Assembly (NCBI GenBank): GCA_976551045.1 | Contig: CDPCPM010000278.1 | Coordinates: 8,680,001-8,744,000 of the forward strand | Origin: Glaucostegus cemiculus | Lineage: Eukaryota | Reading direction: 5' to 3' | Length of the DNA: 64,000 bases | Shown: in pieces, positions 38,631 through 50,400 of the stretch | Position numbering within the stretch: the first letter of the stretch is position 1 | How the letters are laid out: each line of letters opens with the position of its first letter | Made by a program: the position numbers and the translations under genes | Notes under the pieces: generated by a model | What the model was told of the DNA's origin: nothing | The model's input: only the letters and a program-made list of their open reading frames with translations | Database searches by the model: none

Positions 38631-40016
38631 TACTACGCCTTCAGGAAGCACCTGGCCTCTTCTTTCTGACTGCACAGAACTGAGATTGTAGATGTACTCA
38701 GTTATTCAAGCGAGAATAAAATACAACTCTAAGTTGTCTCACAATTGCAGCTAGTGGCTACGCTAACCAGTGCCCAACACACGGAAACCCTTTCTCCTCC
38801 CAACACTCCCTCCTTTGTAGTTCTGCTTCCACAATGCCCTAATCCCACAGCACTCTTCCCCTCCCACTGGGTCTGACATTTTGCACCACAAGCGCTAATT
38901 ATCTCACATGCAATTCTTCCACACTCCCTTTCATCTATAGTTCCACAATCCCAAGCTACTTGCTGTGCCACTGACCCCCTTTTCTCACAACATATTTTCC
39001 CCTCATTTCTGTTCCCCTTTACCTTTATATTGACGGTGCTGCTCGACTATACATAGAGCTGTCATGACAATTGAGCTAATGGGTTTAGATTAAATATCGT
39101 CAGATGCATGAAACCACATGCACAGTCTACAACTCCATACACAAGAAATTAAGTTGCCCTTCAGATAAATTTTAACAACCAGTGATAACACGTTAGATGG
39201 CAACAAACTATGTTGGAGATTATTTGGAGTCCACACACCTTAACTTTTGGGGGAGGAATAGGCAAGAGGCAATTCAACTTGCAGTCTACTATCTATCAAG
39301 TTAACCAATGGCTCATTTTCAAAGTACAATGAGAGACGACTGGATTCAAATTTCATTTTAAACTACTGCATATTCCAGTATTTTTGAAGTATCAGCAATA
39401 GATTGGATCATTAAGCAGCATCTTTAAATAGAAAGGATTGTTTGAATATTCCTACTGCTAAAACACAGCACTGTTGGTGAAAATAAAGCAAAATGAATGG
39501 TACGCATGCAAACTTCCACATGAGCAATTCCATTACGACTAATGCTCTCAACATATAAAGCATTGTGAAAGCATTAATTCATTTGAGTGCCTGATACTGG
39601 TTGCAAAAGGTGTCAAGTTAAATAAAAATACAATTTAAATAAACTGACCCCCAAATCAATTTATCAGATTAAGTAAACTGGAATTAAGAGTGCTTCAGAC
39701 ATGTAACCCTGGAGAGAGGAAAGAACAATACTATACCAACGTTATTATTACTATGGTAAGTTGCAATTAGCACAGCAAGGAGTCATTGAAGTAATAATAA
39801 GCTACAACCTGACACTAATGCTCTATAAATATTGCTAAGAAACAGTATCAACCCATCTTCATTTGGAAAGGTAGATTTATTAGGCTTGGGAAAACATTAT
39901 TCTAATAGTAAAACCTATGACAAAATATCAGCTCTCACACTTCAGGCACCTGCAACATATTGTAACATGCAGAGCGGAAGCTAGTAAGCATTATTATAAT
40001 ATAGTTGTATTTTTAC

Positions 40017-40612
40017 CTCCTCGGTCTCCTTCCATTAGCCCTTGTGGGTGCTCTTCGACCTGCCGTGGAGTAATCTGGTTCTGGCTCCCCATCCAGTTCG
40101 TACCCATCGTCATCAGGTCCGAGACTTCTGTGGTCATCTTCAAGTCCATAAGGTTCTGGCTGGAAACGTTCTGGTTGAGATCGATTCAGGTCAAGAGTGC
40201 CATCTGGCTGCACTTGTGGCTGGGCAACAGGATATTTATTTCTACTAGGCAATGTGTAACTTTCATCTGGCCTGTAGTTGTCACGTGGCATGTAGGCATA
40301 GCGAGGGCGGTAATGGACTCCTCGTGACAAGCTCCCATAGTTATCAGATACATCTGCAAATCCATCCTGGCCAGTGTATGAACGATACAGGTCATGATGA
40401 TTATCGTATGAATCTGGATAACTGTTGTAGACTCTAGTTAAAGTAGAATTGGCCTGTGGTGTGATGTAACGGTCTCCATTTTTCATGTATCTTCTATCAA
40501 TGGAATCTGTACAACTGCCAGCTGGGGACGAACCCTCCATGGGCAATCCATCTGGACCAAGTGGCACTTGACGCACTGTTCGAGTTGTCACAGTTTTAAC
40601 CACTTTAGTAAC
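40017..40612 (-). CDS. ARVCF: ARVCF internal coding exon, 596 nt (VTKVVKTVTTRTVRQVP...GRRPR), regulatory region, phase 0/2
   Basis: Acceptor ttgcag|GTT, donor GAG|gtaaaa. Contains p120-family motifs TVTTRTVRQVP, YGSLSR and PERFQPEPYGLEDD. Frame joins both neighbours. Confidence 0.95.
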
Positions 40613-42049
40613 CTGCAAATACAAATGTAATAAGGGTCGATTGATATATGAATCACGGCGATAGAAATATTCACTGAGCCATCTACCATCACTGTGACTA
40701 AGGCGTTGTTATTTAGCAATCTTTTCAAACATACAGTTATGTATATCCATACATACAAAAACTAATGACTCACAAAATCAAAACATCTAGTTCTGTGATA
40801 TCGGAAAATGCTTAATGATAATAATGATCTTGGTCCTCTAACCATGTAAATACATCAATGCTACGACTCTTTCACCACATTTAATATTTTTTTAAAAATT
40901 TTTCAGCTCATGAGATGAATTTGGCAATGCCTCAATTTGTTAGAACAAGCGTATTTATTAGTTTTTCATTGTAAAAAAAGTGGATGTGTGTACCAGTTTC
41001 ATCAATATTAACGGTCACATCAAGGAATGTCTTCATGACTCACTGAGCAAATGGTGAATTGTGTTTTTTCTTAAATATATAGAATTTTTGTCAGCCAGAA
41101 GATAGTGGATTTCACAGATGTGAGGTTCTCAATTGACACAGTAATGGAATCAAATGAATAAACACTGCAAAAAGTCCAGATGTATGTGTCTTTAATAGAT
41201 CAAAACAGAGTTCTGTTAACAGAATCATAATGATATACTATGTCAATCGCATATGGATCTAAATTTAGTGAATAACTATCTCAAGATTATCTGATTTGCA
41301 CAGATAAACACTGCCTGTACAATATTTTGCCAAAACAAGTGGATAAATGAAACACAAAGTATATTTTCTATTTGGCCATCTTTTCAGTTGCCAAGGCAAC
41401 TCTCATGCATGAGAAATGTTAAGTTGTGCTGCATAGAATCAAACCATTAATTACAGACGATATTCAAATCTGAAAAAGTGAAAAAATCCAGGTACAACAT
41501 TACAAGTGCATCAAGAACATTTGCTAGATGTAGATCAAACAAAGGAATGCAGATTAAACATTGAAAGTTTACCCACGAGCTAGTTGAGAAGAGGACAGGA
41601 AACAAGTTGCATGACAAGAGAAAATTAAGTCCATGAAATCAACAAGGCATGAGCCAACTTCACAAAACTTTTCTACAGGTGCATGGGGAGGGCTATTTCA
41701 TTCAGGCCAATTCAAAGAAACTCATGCAGTTCTGCCATATTTTTCCCCATTTATACTCAGCTGTGACATGGGTTATATGCCAAAGCAGAGAGTGACCTTC
41801 ACAGCTGATCAAAGCACAGACAATCTAATTGATAACAGTATAAATGTAGAGACTGGATGACACTATGAACAGAAAGAAAATCATATATATATGATTACGA
41901 TGAATACAATTTTAAAAATTAAAACAATTTAATGAACATCTTGTTCTGCTCCAGTTTAATATTAGCCTTGTTTTTTTTGTGTTTTTTTTTAAATTTTGAC
42001 AACTTACACTACTAATATCCTCAAAGCAGATATTCAGCTCTCCCATGAT

Positions 42050-42440
42050 CCAATAGCAGTATTGGCATGGGTTAAAGGACCTCCGATCAAGCAATCCCAT
42101 TTCATGTACTTTAGCTCTCCCTTCCAGGAGCACGATAGGATTCATCTTCCTTACCTTCCAACTAGCTTCTACATTCAATGGATCATCCTTCATTACTGAA
42201 CAATGTCATTACCAAAACACTTTCCCTCTCCTCACCACATTTTGAAGAGACTGTTCCCAATGACATCTTGGTTCACTGTTCTATCATCCCCATCATAACT
42301 ATTTCATCGAAGCAGAGAAAATCCAGTAGTTATCTTTACATCTCACTTTCTGCCACCTCCAAATTTGTTTGCAGGTTAAACGGTTTATATTTGCCTTTTC
42401 ACTTTATTAAAGCTGCTCCTCAATCCGATTTGTCATCCCT
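42050..42440 (+). mobile_element. Decayed Penelope-like retroelement fragment
   Basis: gataggattcatcttccttaccttccaactagcttctacattcaatggatcatcc...aaacactttccctctcc resembles Penelope-like ORF sequence between RT and the GIY-YIG domain. Recall only. Confidence 0.45.
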
Positions 42441-42942
42441 GCTGTGAAAGCTACTGTAAACTCCATCTATCTGCAAGTGTGATCCAGATGCCCAGAATGG
42501 GTTTTGCCAGAATCACAACTCCAGACCACATCATAGTCTTACACCACCATGGCTTGGTTCAAATTTGAACCAAAGATCCGAGTTGGGCAAAAAACAGTAG
42601 TATTTTAAGGAATGTGGCATCAGAGCCCTGGTAACACTGAAGTCGATGGGCATCAACAGGAAAAATGCTCCAGTAGTGAGCCATACCACACACATGGAGG
42701 CTGTGGTTATTGGAGTCATCTCAGCAACAAAGATCCCTGAAAATTAATAAATTTCAGCAAAAATCTGTGACATTTATTATCCAACTCCCAGTGACCTCTT
42801 TTCTTGACTTACTACATCATTGCAATCAAGTCACTGAAAGTTCAAAGAACATTCCACAAATCCCAGAATGGAACATTGATCTCAATTATCAAGTCATATT
42901 AGAGCTGACAGTTTTGTGAATAGCAGACAGTTTTGTTATTTA

Positions 42943-43300
42943 GTCACAGTGATGGAGCTAGGAGAGCCGCTGCCTTACAGCACCAGAGACCCAGGTTCAC
43001 TCCTGGCCTTGGATGCCGTCCACAGAGTTTGCATGTTCTCTCTAAGACTGCTCTAAGGTTTCATCTGGGTAGTCTGGCTTCCTCCTACATTCCAAAGGTG
43101 CGATGTTTGATCGGTGAATTGGCCACAGTATACTGCCCCCAGTGTGCAAGTGAGGAGTGCAAGGGGCAATTTCATGGGAACGTTGAGAGACTAAAATTGG
43201 TTAGGGCATGGATTAGGGGAAAATATGGCTGTTGTTTGTTGGCAGAGACTGAAGCAAAGAGCCTGATTCTGTGCTGTCTCTCTCTCGACTATGACTCTAA
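42943..43300 (+). mobile_element. Older tRNA-derived V-SINE-like copy
   Basis: gctgccttacagcaccagagacccaggttcactcctg (B box), gagtttgcatgttctc core, and a CR1-like tail gcctgattctgtgctgt...ctatgactcta. Confidence 0.7.
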
Positions 43301-43459
43301 ATCACCTGGATTCAGCTGTTCCTTGTCTGATTATCATCCTCTTCTCCCTTACACCGCCATCCCTTTTGTCATGTAATTACTACTGAGGGAGAGATTTCAC
43401 CTGACATTATTAATAGGGGAAATCTAGCACCTCCAAGTGGAAGTTGGGTACTTAGAAAA

Positions 43460-44840
43460 TAACAGTATTGGCAGAGTAGACGTGAATGTAAGAAAGGACA
43501 ACAGGTTTCACAAAAATGCTACTTTTATTTTTGGAGGTGAAAACCAGCAGAATGGATAAAAGGAATCCAGTTGTGAATATGGTATATTTGGACTTTCAAA
43601 GTGCCTTTAATAACCTCTTAGGTGGCACTTCATCAAACAGAACTGAAGGATGTAGGATCAGGGTTAATATATTGACATGGCTTGAGGATTAATTAACAGA
43701 CAAAACAGCAGGGATGGGTGGCTTGGTGGCAGTGATCAGTGGGGTGCCAAAGGAATCTACATTAATGATTTGGGGAAGGGACCAAGTATAATGCATAGAA
43801 GTTGGCAGAAGATAAATCTCGGTGGCAGTGTGGATTGTTAGGATTATGTGAAGAGCTTTCAAGTCGATAAAGGCAGACAGAGAATAGCAAAAGCCTGGCA
43901 GATCCCACCTAATGCAGAAAAAAAATGTCATCCATTATGGTAGAATAAAATAGAAAAGCAAAGTATTTTTAAATGGCAAGAAATTGAAAGGTGATTTGTT
44001 CAGAGGGACTGAGATTTCCTTCTACGCAAATCAGTGATGTTAACAAGCAGGTGCAACAAGCAAATATGAAGACAAACTGTATATTAGCCTTTATTACAAG
44101 AGTGTTTGTCTACAAGAGAAAATAGTGAAAATCGATAAATCGATCCTGAATTTAAGTTCAATCCCCTTAGCTTTTAAGGTGTAATGATCTATACTATGTA
44201 TTCTGCCAAGTGTGTATGTGTCTCTGTTGGTTATGTCATGTCATTTTTTTGTATGGGACGAGCACCTGAGGAGGACGGTATATCGCTCCTCTGCATACTT
44301 TGTATGTATGTGGTTGTGACAATAAAACTGATTCTGATTTATAAGGGCCCCAATAGACTGCACCTGGAATATTATGTACAAGTATGGTTTCCTTCCATTA
44401 AAGGACATAGAGGGAGTGTGTCAAAAGTTCAGACTGCTTCCTTGGATGAGTCTTATGAGAACAGATTAAACAGATTACTCTCTAGCAATGGAACACTTTC
44501 CTCACTGAAACACACTTTTTTTTTTAAGAGGTCTGAATAAGGCAGATGCGTGATCTTTTCCCTTGGACAGTATGTCCAGAACCAGGGGTTACTATTTCAA
44601 AGTAAGGGGTCTGTCATTCATACAAATGAAATGAAATTCCTTCACCTAACTGGTTTTGAAACCTTTGAATTCTCTAGCCAAGAGGGCAAGTCGCTGAGTT
44701 TATTTACGATTCATCAATATATTGAGGATATTACAGAAATCAGGGGAGAGGGAATTAGAGCTTAGAAAAAAAGATCAGCAATGATATAAAATGGCAGAAC
44801 AGGTCTGAGACGCCCAATGGATTTATTTCATTTCTCATTT
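43460..44840 (+). mobile_element. Decayed CR1 LINE 3' portion with a nested insert at ~44130-44340
   Basis: tatttggactttcaaagtgccttt (YLDFQ.AF), agtggggtgccaaagga (SGVP.G), cacctggaatattatgtacaagtatgg (HLEYYVQVW). Confidence 0.75.
44200..44340 (+). mobile_element. LINE 3' end with (CTGATT)n tail (second family, related to 61669-61980)
   Basis: gctcctctgcatactttgtatgtatgtggttgtgacaataaaactgattctgatt is similar to the reverse complement of 61669-61750. Confidence 0.7.
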
Positions 44841-45179
44841 TATGTTATGTTCTTATGGTTTTCTTTGCAATTCTCATCACCACTTTGCCCCTTTCCCTGG
44901 AGTTGTTCAAGTTTAATTTAAATGGCATCCGCAGGTAACAAACAGATTCAGCTTTTATAGATGTTTGTAAGCTGATATTGACCATGTCGGAAAGTTACAC
45001 AAAAGTCACTCGATGTGGTAACCCGTAACCTCTGCAGAATTGCAAGGAATGGCATCAAAAGTACGTTAGACTAATAAGGAAATGGAGAGAGAGGACAAAC
45101 TAATTCTGCCATTCTTGGGAGAAAATACATGTACATACTTCGAGCTTTTGAATTTAATATTATGGGAGCTTGTGTGTGT

Positions 45180-45220
45180 GTTCGTAAGTTGGGCATTTGT
45201 AACCCAGGGACAGCCTGCAC
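45180..45220 (-). mobile_element. Single terminal inverted repeat of a Tc1/mariner-pogo (Tigger-like) DNA transposon remnant
   Basis: Minus strand reads caggctgtccctgggttacaaatgcccaacttacgaac, typical of Tigger-like termini. No partner end found. Confidence 0.5.
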
Positions 45221-46405
45221 TGATTTCTTTGACTTCAGATGAAAGATCACTGATGTCAAAAATAATGCTGTTACAATACACCTGGGCTGGCACATACTAA
45301 TAACATTTGCTTTAATTCAGACCTCCAGCATTCACATTATGTTGCTCTCTAGTTAGCTAGCATTAATGTCTTAGCAGAAATAGCTAAAGCAACTATGGGT
45401 ATCACAGGTGTAATTAAAATGTTCATTAAATGATTGCTTTCCTACAAAATGTTGATTAGTCACAGTTATTACGATATCATAATCAGTCACTGGAAATGCT
45501 GCATTGGTGAATCCTCTTTCAAGTGGTCAGATTTATCTGTCCATCCTGGGAGTCGATGCATTTTAACAAATGGAAATGAAACTGAAACCAACCTCAAACT
45601 GCTAACACAAGGACTAGTGTTGATCTTCAAGCTGCAACATCACATGCCCTTTCTCTGTTAAGGCCAAGGTCTCACTCTCCCACTTATTAATTTGGGCACA
45701 GGTAACACTGATCAGAGGTTCTCCATCAACATAGAGTAAAGGGAAAGCAATATCTTCAAGACCACCCCTCCAGCAACATTTCAGGTCAAATATTGGTGAC
45801 ACCATAAATCATGACAATCTCAGTAACTCAAGACACAATAGTAGCCCTTGACAAAAATACTATTTCAAGACTTTTAAAAAAATTGCAGGACCAAACTATG
45901 ACAACCAAGTTGAATTTGTACTTCAAATAAATAGATGTACTTCTTACTCCAGACCTCTACAGAGGTAAAAGACATTTAAACAACAAATAACTTGAGGAGT
46001 TTGGGCAGGGAGCAGGCAAATGGTGTTGAGGCCAAGGTTAGGTCAGACATGACCTTATTAAATGGCAGAGCAAATTCAAAGTGTTAACTGGTCTATTCCT
46101 GCTCCAGTTTCTTAGATTTTAAGTTTCTATACAAGCATCGTTAAATGCGTCATATAAATCAGAATAAAAAAGGTTTCATGTCTTAACACTAAGTGGGATA
46201 TTAATTACCCCTCTGTTATATTTCCTCCATGGGACGACAGAAGGAGACAATATCAGTTGCTGGTTTCAGGGCGCAATGTTCTCTGCATTGGCAGATAGGG
46301 GAGGGGGGGGGGCAGGGTTTGGGAAACAAAGATTTCTACTGTCCACTCTAACACCCAAACCAACACAAAAAGGAACTGTGCTCTGTTAATAATTACTTCT
46401 CTTAC

Positions 46406-46564
46406 CTTAGTTTCTGTTCGTCTGGTAGTTCCATCATCTGATGTCACCACTGACACATGGGAGGTGGGAGTGCCTGGGTCCTCCTCGACAGTAACAGTTT
46501 CTTCCACCAACTCGTGTGGTTCCTGCATTGTTGCTTTTGAAGTCTGATTATTTGGACTTTGCTC
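46406..46564 (-). CDS. ARVCF: ARVCF internal coding exon, 159 nt (EQSPNNQ...GTTRRTETK), phase 0/0
   Basis: Acceptor ttccag|GAG, donor AAG|gtaaga. Peptide EETVTVEEDPGTPTSHVSVVTSDDGTTRRTETK is near-identical to the ARVCF N-terminal region as I recall it. Confidence 0.95.
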
Positions 46565-47139
46565 CTGGAAATTAAACATGATATTCTCTAAGTTGTGGCT
46601 GGCTGCAGAACATTATTATTTTCACACAGTTAACTCTGGTATTAATTATATTATCTTGGCCACTCAACAGGCTCAGTTACAGATTTCACCCCAACTTTCC
46701 CCCGCCCTCCCCCCCAAATTAAGGATGTCAATAGGGGAATTTACATAGTAGGCAGAAGTTATAACAGGAACAATTCTGAAATCAGAAGCTCAGGTCCAGG
46801 ATGAACAAAGCACAACAGTTATAAACAATGTTAATTAATCTCCCTGCATCCTTCAGGTGTTATCACTTACCAGATATCAGGAAAATATTGCAGTCCTTTT
46901 AAAAAAAAATACTGGCAGCTAAACACCAACTCTACACCATGCTACAAATCACCAATTGCCAGAGTCACCTACTTTGAGAGGCGTTTCTGTTTATCAGTTT
47001 ACAACATGAACAGATGAAATTATTGCATCTTTTTTGGCATCACAGAAATTGCATGATTTGCTTTTAAATATTCTGTATCAATCCAAAGTTCAACTAGTTG
47101 CATTTAATGTTCTTTCTACATCTTGTAAAAATCACTTAG

Positions 47140-47438
47140 GCAGGAACGGTAGTGTAGTGGTTAGCATAATGCTATTACAGTGCCAGTGACCCGGGTTCAA
47201 TTCCAGCCAATGTCTGTATGGAGTTTGTACATCCTCCCAATGTCTATGTAGGTTTCCTCAGGGTGCTTCGGTTTCCTCCCACATTCCGAAGACTTAGGGG
47301 TTCAGAAATTGTGGGTATGCTATGTTGGCTCCAGAAGCATGGCAACACTTGTGGGCTGCCCCCAGAACACTCTACGCAAAAGATGTATTTCACTGTGTGT
47401 TTCTATGTACATGCGACTAATATAAAGATATCTTATCT
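47140..47438 (+). mobile_element. tRNA-derived SINE (V-SINE-like), full length
   Basis: A box tagtgtagtggttag, B box ggttcaattcc, conserved core, tail aaagatatcttatct. Homologous to 15688. Confidence 0.9.
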
Positions 47439-50400
47439 GTCCAAATCCATGTCCTCAGTCAATCACTGTCCAGCCAACATTGTGCTTCACAATTGTAAGC
47501 TTCCAACTTCCCATCAACATCCTGGTGAGACGACCAAATCTTCTATGCCGCTATTTACTGGACTAGTGCAAGACAAGTTCTTGTCAGTCATCTTGGGTTT
47601 CAACTTGTTATATTAAATACAAAGCTACTAGCCCAGTGAGATAATAACTTGCAATATCTGTAGTCACATTTTGATTATAAATTGCTGTAGCTACTTTTTT
47701 TCAACTATAAAATTGCTAGATCTGTTTATCTTTACTATTGGCTGAAAATCCATTGTAAGCAGGCAGCACCCCACAATAACTATGAAGTAACAGGGTAACA
47801 GGATGATAGATTCCACCTTGCACAACCTTACTCCCAACTAGACAAAAGCAACTGCAATTTAAGCCCACACCTGACTGCATTGTGCCTCGACTTTCAGCTG
47901 CTAGAATTGTTAGTAATTCCAGCAGCTTCACACAAGATGAAGCAAAGAAGAAAAATCATGCTATTCCAGTTTGGAGTTAATGAAAAAATGAATCTTGTAT
48001 CACCAAACATGATTTTCCCCACCCTCTTTGTCTAAAAAGTCTTTTTTCAGCTCAGTGCATTTCAACACTGCTGTTCCAAAAAAATTACTAACTCCCTATC
48101 TCCCAATTTAAGAGGTCTAAATAAAGCCAGGGCTTCAAATTGCAAACCAACTTGTGAATGTCCAAGCAACCATTTCAAGAACGCAGCATGTATTTCTTAG
48201 CCAAACAGCCACACACATATGCAGAGATTATTTCTTAGTAAAAGGGCCACACACAGAGAATATTTGTCAGCTAAAGGGCCACACAGATGCATCTTATTTA
48301 AAAGATGCTTCAGACCATAAAATGATACACTTTAAATTGCTGTATGCAGCACCATAAACTTCTGAATGAAGTCATCAGCTTTTATATTTGGCATAAAAAT
48401 TAATATCAGATACAGTGTGGTCTCTCAAGTACATGCACCCCTTGCATTAAGCTAACATTCAGTGGCTACACCATATATAACACTGCATAACTTTCTTAAT
48501 ATAAATATGGAAGCTTCTCGCTGACTAATACACAAGTTCAGCAGCTAATTATGCTGTCTACACTATTTCTTGAAAACAACTATTCTGTACATCTGGTCAT
48601 GGTATTAATTAACTTCCACGCTTTCCAAAAACAGAATGTCACACTTTATTTGGAACCAGCTGTTTCTGAGAGAGACCACTGTGCACAAATTGGTTACCAG
48701 CTCTTATCTGACTACTAAAGAGTGACTACTATTGGGAACTGATTTTCTTATTCCTTCACAGAATCACAGCATCACTAAGATGAGCCACGTTTAATATCTG
48801 TTCCAAACTGTCTGAATTGAGGGGCTTGTTAGTATATTGCATAGGATTGTCAATAGTCACACTGATGTGGAGATGGCATCTTATACTGGGTAAAAGAACC
48901 AAAATTCCTTCCTTGATGGACGGCAAACCAGAAGAGCATCAACATACAAGTGGTTTTACTGCTGCTAGCCTTAAATTCCTGATGTAATTAACTACGTGAG
49001 TCACACATCAGCATGGTGGTTTTGGTATCTCCAGGTCAGCAGCCCAGGCCTCTGGACAATTGCTCAGTAACTTCATTACTAGGCCATTGATTGTGAAGCA
49101 CTTTGAAATCTTAGATTTACCAACCATTCCAATACAATCTTTACTCTCATCAGCACACCAAATGACCTTTGCGGTTGATGGCAACAGTAAAGCATACCCA
49201 CACACTTCACCCAAGACACCAGTAAAGGTGGAGCAACTCTGTCTCACATTCAAACCCAGTGGAAAGAACACTATGTGCCAACTCATCAAATGTCAAGCAG
49301 TTCAATTTTACTAGTTATTATTTAGATTAGTAACCCAACCAGAATCCTTGCCAGCCCTGCCTTTCACAGTATAAACAACTAATCTCACTTCCACATTCAT
49401 GTTGTGCTTGTTTTTTTTTTTAAAAGGATACTCCATTTCAAACAATAGCATTTTATTCCAACGTAACTCAATTTCCTGTTAGCCTGCCTGCTACAGACAC
49501 TCCCACATTGAGATGTAAACAGTTGCTATGTTTTATACAGGATGAGACACAAGCGACTCTATTGAACCAAAGGAAGCAATCATTGCAATGAAACCAATAG
49601 AACTACACAAGATTTCATGGTAAACAATGTTTGTCCTGTGGTCACATTCAAAAGTGCTCTCCTTAAGTTGGTGTGGGGGTGGGAAAGGCGGTGTAAGAAC
49701 TGGGCCGGATACTGGTAAACTGATTAGAATGAATAATGATACAACAGGAAATTAGCCTCATCAACCTTTGATCCATCATGGGAAATAGTTAAAAAATTTA
49801 AAAAAAATTTAAACAGACAATGAAGAGTCTTGATGCTGCATTGTACAAGGACTACATACATTTTGCAATTTAACTTTTGAACAGCTAATCAATCAAAATA
49901 GAAACAAATTTGTCATGTGAACATAAACAATGGAACAAATCTCAATTGGACCAGAAGAACTTAGTGCTAACATCAATGATTAATGTTTCACATGTATGCA
50001 AATCAGGACTCAGTATCAAATTATGTTCCCCAACATTTAGCCATAAATGAGTCTTTGTAATGTCCATGGATGTCATCTAGCAACGACAGGAAGAATCAAG
50101 GGTGGGGGGGAAGAGCGGTGTGATGGTGATGGGTTGCACAGGAGAGTAATGTAATGAATCCTCAAGTCTACAATACAAGACAAACCCAACTGACAGGACT
50201 GAAAAGATCATTGGTCAATATATGCCCAAGATGGCTAACAGCAGAGGGCAAAAATGGAAGTTATTTTTTAGTAAATCGTGAACATTTGTGTGAACAGCAC
50301 AGGTTCGAATGAGTTCCATGTGATAGACAATTCCCCACCGACCACCCCCGCCCATCCCACACAAAAACAAATTACAAGCCAAGATCACAATGGTATTCAT

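Noticed and set aside
47140-47215. tRNA gene candidates with A and B boxes (also 15688, 42943, 59570)
   Set aside because: They continue into a SINE core and tail and show no intact cloverleaf; they are SINE heads.
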